Below are positions 1-7,511 of a DNA stretch of 7,878 bases, piece by piece (the first letter of the stretch is position 1; each line of letters starts with the position of its first letter). This DNA is from Azolla caroliniana (Eukaryota > Plantae > Polypodiophyta). The notes beneath the pieces are model-generated. The model did no database searches, had not been told where the DNA came from, and was given only the letters and a program-made list of their open reading frames with translations. The DNA lies in NCBI GenBank assembly GCA_043228905.1, contig JBHGNT010001473.1:1-7878 (forward strand), given 5' to 3'. The translations under genes were made by a program, and so were the position numbers.

Positions 1-5
1 GAGCC
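1..5 (+). other. Probable 3' tail of a tRNA-iMet primer binding site (TGGTATCA-GAGCC), truncated by the window edge
   Basis: The window starts GAGCC, matching the end of the canonical plant PBS TGGTATCAGAGCC, about 250 nt before gag. Only 5 nt are visible, so this is inference. Confidence 0.45.
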
Positions 6-18
6 TCGGGGAGCCGCC

Positions 19-135
19 ATGAAAAAAATCGATATAGAGATCAGGGAAAGGCATTCATTTGTCACCCCCATGGTTTTTAAAACACCTTTGTGTTACCATA
101 GTAACCTGATCTTGAATCTCATCTCATACGTCTAG
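19..135 (+). other. 38-aa upstream ORF in the Gypsy leader (MKKIDIEIRERHSFVTPMVFKTPLCYHSNLILNLISYV)
   Basis: ATG at 19 in GCCGCCATG context, TAG at 133-135, same frame as gag. Function unknown. Confidence 0.35.
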
Positions 136-258
136 AGGGGTATTGACGTGAGATCATGATATCGATTAATGTTTGCCCATGATATGTTTACACCACGACA
201 AGATGTTATGACTATTTGTCTGACCTTATCTTATTTCTTTGCCAGAAATAATCATTCA

Positions 259-1215
259 ATGGCTCAGAATAACGACCCGATGCCCTCCGCTCAAGCGGAA
301 AGACCTCAAGGAAATCCTCCTGGGACAATGTCCATTGAGGCGTATATTTTACAAGTACAACATTTCCTTAGTTCAACCGCGCAGCAGTTGACCGAATTTC
401 GGCAATCTCAAAGTGCTCTCGAGGCACGAGTCATTAGTCTCCAAAATGAGATTAATAGACCTGATGAGCGTCAGGGTGAACCATCATTTGTCGTAAAGCC
501 ATTTACGGGAGATAAAAAGGAAAGAACCGAAGAAGCAATCTGCACGTGGCTGGGCCGATGGGAGTCTCATTTTGAGCTCTATCCCACGCCAGATAGTACG
601 AAGATTGCATATGTCGGCCGAGAACTAGGGGGTAAGGCCGCCGCTTGGTGGCGTGGGCTCCGAACTTTGGGGAGATTGCCCGAGACCTAGATAGACTTTG
701 TCACAGTTTTCAAGGGTCAATTTCTACAACCTCCCTCTCGAACCGAGGCAGCACAAGCTTTAATGAACCTCTCTAGCAGGAAGTTTTCCTCGCTAGAAGA
801 TTATGTCCACCATGCTAGAACCCAAATCCAAAAATCGGGTCTAGAAGGGGACAATTGGTTAATAGCTTGTTTTGTCAATGGCATCCCCAATTCGGACTAT
901 CACTGGATAGTGCACGATAAGGATCCAAAATCCTTCGAAGAGGCCGTTGAGATAGTTCTTCGCTATCAACGCACTTCGAAGAAGGACCATAACAAACCCA
1001 ACGAAGCGCCCGGGACTAAGCAGTCGCAATTCGTTGGGAAACGCAAGACACCCAACGAATTCATGGATCGCGATTATAAGCGACAACATTCTTTTTGTGT
1101 ATTCTGCAAAAAGAAGGGTCATACAAAAGAGCAATGTCGTAAGCTCCAACGAAAAGAGCACGACGCCAAACCTAAAGCTACAGACCATAAAGGTCAGATT
1201 CCTAATGTCCTTTAG
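259..1215 (+). pseudogene. gag: Gypsy gag (capsid plus CCHC nucleocapsid) interrupted by one premature TAG at 688-690
   Basis: ORFs 169-690 and 763-1215 share a frame. Read-through gives LPET*IDFVTVFKGQF, the conserved retrotrans_gag TW..F...F...F motif with TGG>TAG. Zinc knuckle CVFCKKKGHTKEQC is at 1096-1137. ATG 259 (caATGG) is the likelier start than 169. Confidence 0.9.
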
Positions 1216-4200
1216 GTCTATACACATCATTTGAGTAATTGTCAATGTTCTTTCCCTCATTATGTATTGGGTCCCAATGATTTACTACGTGCAAACGGGT
1301 ATATCAATGGATCTCCCGTACAATTTTTATTTGATTCGGGAAGCTCACACAATTTTGTGAATGATCGTTTGGTACAGATATGGGGAATCCAACCCACCGT
1401 AAGTGATCACACCTACACGGTGCACTTGGCTGATGGAAGAGTACAACACATCAACGGGGTGATTCATTCTTTAGGAATTTCTATTGATACCTATATAGAG
1501 GAAGTAGACTTCCATGTAATGAATCTTAGTACCACCGATGTAATACTGGGTTATCCCTGGTTTTATAATAAAAGCTCTTCTTTATTTATTGATTGGGTTC
1601 GCCATTCCATTTCTTTTGTACTCAACGATTGTACGCATTTTATTCAATGTGTAACAAAACAATCCCTCTCGATTGTTTCCTCGTGTCCATCAATATCCGA
1701 GTTGTCTTGTTCTACGTTATTTTATTGTGTACTTGATCCGGACATTCACGTTTACAATATCGATAATGTCTCGGGTCAATTAACATATTTTGAACAAAAA
1801 CAACTTGATGAAATCGTAAACGATTTTCGTGATGTTTTTCCGAGTGAACTACCCAATGGTTTACCTCCTAAACGTAATATAGACCATCGTATAGATATTG
1901 TACCTGGCATTGCACCCATTAGTATACCTCCGTATCGCCTAAGTCGATCTGAAGAGGATGAGGTAGCTAAGCAACTTAAGGACTATTTACGAATGGGTTA
2001 TATACGTTATAGTAAATCTCCATGGGGTGCACCAGTTCTCTTGGTTAAAAAGAAAGAGGGCACATGGCGTATGTGTATTAATTACCGACGCTTGAATAAA
2101 GTGACGATCAAGAATTCGTACCCATTGCCCCGGGCTGACGATCTAATTGACCGTCTCCAGGGAGCTCGGTATTTTACGAAACTTGATCTCCGTACTGGCT
2201 ACCATCAAATACGAATAAGTGAGGACGATGTTCCTAAAACAACATTTCGTACGCGCTACGGCCATTATGAGTTTTTGGTTATGCCTTTTGGTTTGACCAA
2301 TGCTCCGGCTACATTTCAACAAGAAATGAATGACATTTTCCGAGAACAACTTGGAAAATTTGTCGTTATCTTCTTAGATGATATTTTAGTTTATAGCCGT
2401 ACATTACAAGAACATGCTAGACATGTCCGCTTTGTTTTACAAATATTGCGTGACAAACAATTTTACGCGAAGATCTCAAAATGTGAGTTCTTCAAGAAAT
2501 CAATTACTTATCTTGGACATCTCATAACCGAACGAGGAGTTGAAATTGATCCTTCTCGCATCGAGAAAATCAAGCTTTGGCCCACTCTTCGGAATATTCG
2601 AGAAGTTCGATCATTCCTTGGTTTTGTCGGATTTTTGCGAAAATCTCTTCGTAATTACTCACAATTGACGACGCCGTTTACTGATCTTCTAAAAGGTCAA
2701 ACGCGTAAGTCTACAAAACCTATTGTGTGGAATGCTACACTAGACCTCGCCTTTAAGGAACTCAAGGACTTGGTATGCAAGGCTCCTTCACTTCTTTTAC
2801 CCGATCCTTCAAAACCTTTTGAGGTTGAAACCGACGCAAGCGATTATGCTATAGGTGCTGTCTTGTATCAAGATGGTAAACCAATAGCATTCGAGAGTAA
2901 GAAACTTGATTCTGCTCAATGTCGGTATACCGTTCAAGAAAAGGAATTATTTGCGGTTATACATGCGCTCAAAACATGGCGCCATTATCTTTATGGAAAT
3001 CGCTTTGTGGTAACTACGGACCACGAGTCCTTGAAATATTTTTGTGACCAACAAGACCTGAAAGGTCGTAAGGCACGATGGGCTGATCTCATCCAGGACT
3101 TTGATTTTTCCATACGATATCGTAAAGGTTCCATGAATACTTTCGCTGATGCACTAAGTCGCATCCGTGAAGTTAACATGCTTAACTTCACTGAAATAAC
3201 ATCAGATCTTTATGATCACCTTCGAGGAAAGTATCCTGATGACAATTATTTTGCAAAATACTGGGCAAGAGTCGAGTCTGGAACAGACACCACCACACCC
3301 TCGAAGGAATACTTCCACATTGCTAACGGTCTGCTCTACCGTAATGGGAAGGTTTGTGTTCCAGATTTACCTGAGGTCAAAAAGAGAATTCTTTTTGAAT
3401 GCCATGATGCACCCTCAGCAGGGCACCCTGGAATACATCGTACACTCGTTCTCATCTCCACTCAATTTTATTGGCCTAAGATGCGTCCTGACATACATAG
3501 CTATGTGACTAAATGTCACCAATGTCAGGTTAACAAAGCCGAGCGACTTAAAGCCGCAGGACTTTTACATCCCTTGGACATTCCCAATAATAAGTGGGAA
3601 AGTATATCCATGGATTTTATTGTTAGCCTTCCTCGCACCCAAAAAGGTCATGATGCCATATGGGTTGTGGTTGACAGACTAACTAAAATGGCCAGATTTA
3701 TTGCTACTAAAACCACGGTAACAGCTCCTGAATTGGCTTACCAATTCGTTGATGAGATATTTCGTTTTTACGGGTTACCGATGGATATCGTGAGTGACCG
3801 AGATCCGAAGTTTACTAGTGACTTCTGGACGCAAGTCTTTAAGAAGTTAGAAACTACGTTGAGCATGAGCTCCACGGATCATCCTCAATCCGATGGACAG
3901 ACAGAACGAGTAAATCAAATTATTGAGGACATGCTTCGAGCATACGTTGGTGCAAAACCAACAAAATGGGAACGTTACCTCCCAATTTTGGAGTTTGCTT
4001 ATAACAGCTCCAAGCATACGTCGACGGGATATAGTCCTTTTATGTTGATGTATGGATTTCAGCCACGAGCCCCGATTGATGTTAATATACATCATGATGA
4101 GTTGCGAAGTACGCAAAACTTTCTTCGGGATATGCAAGATATGTTGCATATTGCACGGGATAATATAAAAACAGCTCAAGATAGAGCGCGTTTTTATGCC

Positions 4201-4692
4201 GATCATCACAGGCAACCTCGTGTATTCAGCCCTGGACAGAAGGTATTTTTACGTGTACCTCACAATTCTAAGACATTGTCTACGGGTAAGTGCGCTAAGT
4301 TAGCGCCACGGTTTTGTGGACCTTTTACAGTCCTCAAACGCATTGGATCATCAGCCTATCGTCTCGCTCTTCCCGATGGTGTTGGAATCCATCCAGTCTT
4401 TCATGTAAGTCGTCTAAAAGAACTTCTAGGTTCTGGCGACAATACAGTTACAACTGAAACTCTGGTTACTTCTGAAGATTTATCTTCTAAACCACATGTA
4501 CCAGAAAGAATTCTCGATGTTAAAACAAAAAAATTACGTGCTAAGGAAATCCGAGAATTTAAAATAAAATGGATGGATAAATCAATCAAAGATGCCACAT
4601 GGGAACACGAAACGACTCTAAGAACTAACTTCCCTAACTTTCCATTGCAAGAGTGCAATGTTTTAAAGAGGGGGAGTATGTTACGGGCATGA
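1216..4692 (+). CDS. pol: Gypsy pol polyprotein: aspartic protease, reverse transcriptase, RNase H, integrase, chromodomain (uninterrupted frame)
   Basis: [13 protein letters not shown] (D at 1333). [23 protein letters not shown] and FLDD (2371-2382). [33 protein letters not shown]...CHQC, SMDF, SDRD, DGQTE. GPY/F motif RFCGPF (4309-4326). No ATG at the start: the frame opens directly after the gag TAG, and the ORF-track start at 1231 is TTG. Confidence 0.96.
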   Translation, partial: VYTHHLSNCQCSFPHYVLGPNDLLRANGYINGSPVQFLFDSGSSHNFVNDRLVQIWGIQPTVSDHTYTVHLADGRVQHINGVIHSLGISIDTYIEEVDFHVMNLSTTDVILGYPWFYNKSSSLFIDWVRHSISFVLNDCTHFIQCVTKQSLSIVSSCPSISELSCSTLFYCVLDPDIHVYNIDNVSGQLTYFEQKQLDEIVNDFRDVFPSELPNGLPPKRNIDHRIDIVPGIAPISIPPYRLSRSEEDEVAKQLKDYLRMGYIRYSKSPWGAPVLLVKKKEGTWRMCINYRRLNKVTIKNSYPLPRADDLIDRLQGARYFTKLDLRTGYHQIRISEDDVPKTTFRTRYGHYEFLVMPFGLTNAPATFQQEMNDIFREQLGKFVVIFLDDILVYSRTLQEHARHVRFVLQILRDKQFYAKISKCEFFKKSITYLGHLITERGVEIDPSRIEKIKLWPTLRNIREVRSFLGFVGFLRKSLRNYSQLTTPFTDLLKGQTRKSTKPIVWNATLDLAFKELKDLVCKAPSLLLPDPSKPFEVETDASDYAIGAVLYQDGKPIAFESKKLDSAQCRYTVQEKELFAVIHALKTWRHYLYGNRFVVTTDHESLKYFCDQQDLKGRKARWADLIQDFDFSIRYRKGSMNTFADALSRIREVNMLNFTEITSDLYDHLRGKYPDDNYFAKYWARVESGTDTTTPSKEYFHIANGLLYRNGKVCVPDLPEVKKRILFECHDAPSAGHPGIHRTLVLISTQFYWPKMRPDIHSYVTKCHQCQVNKAERLKAAGLLHPLDIPNNKWESISMDFIVSLPRTQKGHDAIWVVVDRLTKMARFIATKTTVTAPELAYQFVDEIFRFYGLPMDIVSDRDPKFTSDFWTQVFKKLETTLSMSSTDHPQSDGQTERVNQIIEDMLRAYVGAKPTKWERYLPILEFAYNSSKHTSTGYSPFMLMYGFQPRAPIDVNIHHDELRSTQNFLRDMQDMLHIARDNIKTAQDRARFYADHHRQPRVFSPGQKVFLRVPHNSKTLSTGKCAKLAPRFCGPFTVLKRIGSSAYRLALPDGVGIHPVFHVSRLKELLGSGDNTVTTETLVTSEDLSSKPHVPERILDVKTKKLRAKEIREFKIKWMDKSIKDATWEHETTLRTNFPNFPLQECNVLKRGSMLRA
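4495..4635 (+). other. Integrase C-terminal chromodomain, group II-like
   Basis: [47 protein letters not shown] fits the PE.IL...KW......ATWE...L...FP pattern. It lacks the first aromatic-cage residue, as in plant group II chromodomains. Confidence 0.88.
4665..4676 (+). other. Gypsy polypurine tract (PPT)
   Basis: AAAGAGGGGGAG is preceded by TTTT and followed by a 2-nt spacer (TA) and TGTT. Confidence 0.92.
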
Positions 4693-4733
4693 CCATATAA
4701 TATCCCGTGGTGAGAATTGTCGTAGTATTCTAT

Positions 4734-4746
4734 ACACGTGGATAAG
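4734..4746 (+). promoter_or_regulatory. G-box/ABRE (ACACGTGG) abutting an I-box-like GATAAG in Gypsy U3
   Basis: Sequence ACACGTGGATAAG lies about 115 nt upstream of the TATA box. Motif match only. Confidence 0.45.
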
Positions 4747-4856
4747 TGTGAGGGTTAAACAAAGAGTCTAAAGAAGGGGAGGATTACTTTTAATCCTCGG
4801 GATTGAGACAACCCATGAGGCCAAGTGTGAACATGGCTGGGGGCCTTGAGAATTAC

Positions 4857-4864
4857 TATAAATA
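4857..4864 (+). promoter_or_regulatory. TATA box of the Gypsy LTR
   Basis: cTATAAATA is the standard plant LTR TATA motif, here about 180 nt into the LTR. Confidence 0.8.
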
Positions 4865-5053
4865 AGAGGCCTAGCTACCCTCATTGGGGCATGCATTGAC
4901 TACGTCGAGACTCTGTCGGTGAGTGGAACGACTCTTGTAGCAAGCGCGCTATCGTCCAGGTATGACTCGACGCCAAGGCGGTGGTATGGGACGCCGATCG
5001 AGGCTCGAGTCCGTCTCGATCCCTTTGCTCGGGGGTGGTCGGGTGGATCGGCA

Positions 5054-5086
5054 CCCTTCTTTCTCTCTTTTCTCTCTATTCTTTCT
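5054..5086 (+). repeat. CT-rich polypyrimidine tract in the Gypsy LTR
   Basis: CCCTTCTTTCTCTCTTTTCTCTCTATTCTTTCT is almost purely pyrimidine. Confidence 0.8.
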
Positions 5087-5250
5087 AGATCTATCATTGA
5101 TATATCCTTATTTTATGCTTACTTTAGTACCTAATATCTAATAATCCGGCTTCATGCCGGGTACTCTTCATCCTCCGGTTCCGTAACCGCAACCGGGCTT
5201 GCCGTCATTCATCTCCGGACATCCCATCCGGAGGGACCGAAATCCCAACA

Positions 5251-5255
5251 AAAAT
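5251..5255. repeat. Predicted right-hand target-site duplication of the Gypsy insertion (AAAAT)
   Basis: These are the first 5 nt after the LTR-terminal CA. Plant LTR elements typically make 5-bp TSDs. The left copy is not visible. Confidence 0.55.
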
Positions 5256-7457
5256 GGCGTAGCTGAGCGCATGAACATAACTCTTTTGGAGAGGGCTCGT
5301 TGTATGCTTTCCAATGTTGGGTTGTCCAAAGACTTTTGGGCTGAATCAGTTTCCACGACATGTTTCCTGGTGAATTGTTCATCGTCAATAGTGATTGAGT
5401 TCAAAACTCCTGAAGAGGTATGGTTCGGTAAACCTGCTGATTATTCAAATTTGAGAATATTTGGATGTCCTGCTTATATGCATGTTAGTGAAGGAAAATT
5501 GGAGCCTCAAGCTAGGAAATGTATTTTTCTTGGTTATGCTTCTAGGGTGAAAGGATATAGGTTGTGGTGTCCTGATCCTAAGTCACCTAAATTTGCAATT
5601 AGTAGAGATGTTACTTTTGATGAATCCGCTCTACTAAATCCTAGAAAGGAGCCTGAGGTTTCTTTTGATACATATGAGACAGGAAGTACATCGAAGTAGG
5701 TGGAGCTTGAAGTTCCAAGTCCACCAATGATGACTGAAACACCTGCTCCTGGACCTGTTGTCGTAGAAGAAGCACCTCCTGAGGAAGAACGAAGTATTGC
5801 AAGAGATAGAACAAGAAGAGAAATTAGACCACCACAGAGATATGATGATTTTGTTGCATATGCTTTATCAGTTGGAGAAGAAACAAATTCTATTGGCGAG
5901 CCAACTTCTTACTCTGAAGCCGTTTCTTCTGTTGATTCCACCAAGTGGTTGATTTCTATGCAAGAAGAAATTGAATCTCTTTATAAAAACGAAACTTGGG
6001 TACTTGTGAAGCCGCAAGCTAGACAAAGGATTGTTGGATGTAAATGGATCTTCAAAATAAAGGTAGGAATTCCTGGAGTGGAGAAAGCAAGGTACAAGGC
6101 ATGGTTAGTAGCTAAAGGTTATAGTCAGGTACCAGGTGTTGATTTTAATGATGTTTTCTCACCTGTTGTGAAACATAGTTCTATTCGTGTCTTGCTTGCA
6201 TTAGTTGCTATGCATGATTTGGAGTTTGAATAACTTGATGTAAAAACCACATTTTTGCATGGTGAACTTGACGAAGATATTTACATGCAACAACCAAAAG
6301 GGTTTGTTGTTGAAGGAAAAGAAGATCATGTTTGCCTGTTGAAGAAATCGTTGTACAATTTAAAACAGTCTTCGAGATAGTGGTACAAGTGATTTGATTC
6401 CTTTATGGTTGGTGGATACTCAAGAAGCAGTTATCACAGTTGTGTTTATTTCAAGAAGACTCATGATAGTTCACTTATCTATTTGCTTCTTTATGTTGAT
6501 GACATGTTGATTGCAGCTAAAAATATGTTGGATATTGAAGAATTAAAGAAGCAGTTGAACAGAGTGTTCGAGATGAAGGATCTTGGTGCAGCAAAAAGGC
6601 TCCTTGGCATGGAAATTGAAAGAGATCGTAAAGGTGGAAAGTTGTATTTAACTCAAAAGAGTTATATTGAGAAAGTGTTGGAGAGGTTTGGTATGAAAAA
6701 TGCTAAAACAGTATCGACTCCGTTTGCAGCGCATTTTAAGTTATCAACTTCTTTATCACCAAAGTTGGATAATGAAAAGAGATACATGGCAAGAGTTCCC
6801 TACTCCAGTGCAATTGGTAGCATGATGTATGTTATGGTTTGTACACGTCCAAATATTTCACATGTTGTGAGTGTGGTCAACAGATATATGGCTTGTCCTG
6901 GAAAATAACTCATGAATGCTGTGAAATGGATTTTAAGATATTTGCGTGGGACTTCAGACGCTTGTTTAGATTTTGGCAGGAGTCACAGTTCTCTAGTTGG
7001 CTATGTTGACTCTGACTATGCTGGTGATCTTGATAAAAGAAGATCACGGACAGGGTATGTATTCACTCTGGGTGGAAGTGCAGTTAGCTGGAAAGCTTCG
7101 TTGCAGCCCATGGTTGCGTTATCAACTACAGAGGCAGAGTACATTGTAGTGAAGGAGGTGATTAAAGAAGGGATTTGGTTAAGAGGCTTGCTTGGGGAGC
7201 TCAGTTCTTGTTCGGACAAGATCAACATTTTATGTGATAGTCAAAGTGTCATTCATTTGACTAAAGATCAGATGTTCCATGAAAGAACTAAGCACATCGA
7301 TATCAAGTATCACTTTGTTCGTGATATTATTTCGCGGGGTGATATCTCAGTGAAAAAGATTTCAACTCATGAGAATCCTGCAGATATGTTGACGAAGCCT
7401 CTTCCAAGGATCAAGTTCAAGCATTGCTTGAATTTGATTGGTGTTGCCGATAATTGA
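5253..7457 (+). pseudogene. pol: Copia pol (integrase C-terminal half, RT, RNase H) with five in-frame stops and no net frameshift
   Basis: [80 protein letters not shown] (YVDD 6492-6503). [30 protein letters not shown]. Stops at 5697 (TAG), 6231 (TAA), 6378 (TAG), 6390 (TGA) and 6906 (TAA); natural stop at 7455-7457. Confidence 0.96.
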
Positions 7458-7501
7458 GTTTTCCGGCGAAGGTGGAGCGAGACTACTATGAAATTCAAGT
7501 C

Positions 7502-7511
7502 AAGGTGGAGA
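7502..7511 (+). other. Copia polypurine tract
   Basis: AAGGTGGAGA followed by TT and TGTT, typical of Tnt1/Tork-like Copia PPT-LTR junctions. Confidence 0.9.

Larger units (their letters stand above)
1..5250 (+). mobile_element. Ty3/Gypsy LTR retrotransposon, chromovirus branch (internal region plus 3' LTR; 5' LTR lies upstream of the window)
   Basis: Domain order is gag(CCHC)-PR-RT-RNaseH-INT-chromodomain, the Gypsy order with INT after RH. A PPT at 4665-4676 is followed by an LTR TGTT...AACA. Confidence 0.97.
4679..5250 (+). repeat. Gypsy 3' LTR (572 bp)
   Basis: Starts TGTTACGGG 2 nt after the PPT and ends CCCAACA, giving TGTT/AACA terminal inverted repeats. Copia integrase coding sequence resumes immediately after. 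The partner LTR is not in the window. Confidence 0.88.

Noticed and set aside
169-258. N-terminal extension of gag from ATG 169
   Set aside because: The translated segment is low-complexity and overlaps a pyrimidine tract. ATG 259 has better context and begins a typical disordered gag N-terminus. It cannot be fully excluded.
1193-1215. Mini-intron GTCAG...TTTAG that would remove the gag stop
   Set aside because: At 23 nt it is too short for a plant spliceosomal intron, and it would shift the frame.
1560-1800. T-rich, Cys-rich PR-RT linker as an Ogre-type intron
   Set aside because: The frame is fully open with no stops to remove, and the element is not Ogre/Tat.
859-4658. Antisense and alternate-frame ORFs (859-1260, 1034-1234, 2143-2349, 2991-3191, 3212-3508, 3847-4215, 4401-4658)
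   Set aside because: They are short shadow ORFs overlapping gag/pol with no recognisable motifs.
4900-5134. ORFs inside the Gypsy LTR (4919-5134 +, 4900-5097 -) as env-like or accessory genes
   Set aside because: They lie within the LTR, and their hydrophobic or charged stretches merely translate the CT tract.
5181-5188. CCGTAACC as an alternative LTR end (near-complement of TGTTACGG)
   Set aside because: It does not end in CA, and non-Copia sequence continues to 5250, where AACA abuts the Copia coding sequence.
5146-5246. Hairpin array as CRISPR repeats, a tRNA or a rho-independent terminator
   Set aside because: There are no identical repeats with spacers, no cas genes, no cloverleaf or T-loop, and no U-tail. 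The context is a eukaryotic LTR.
5199-5699. LTR-Copia integrase fusion ORF as a novel chimeric gene
   Set aside because: It has a TTG start and is a chance in-frame join across the insertion junction. It lacks the HHCC domain and both catalytic Asp residues.
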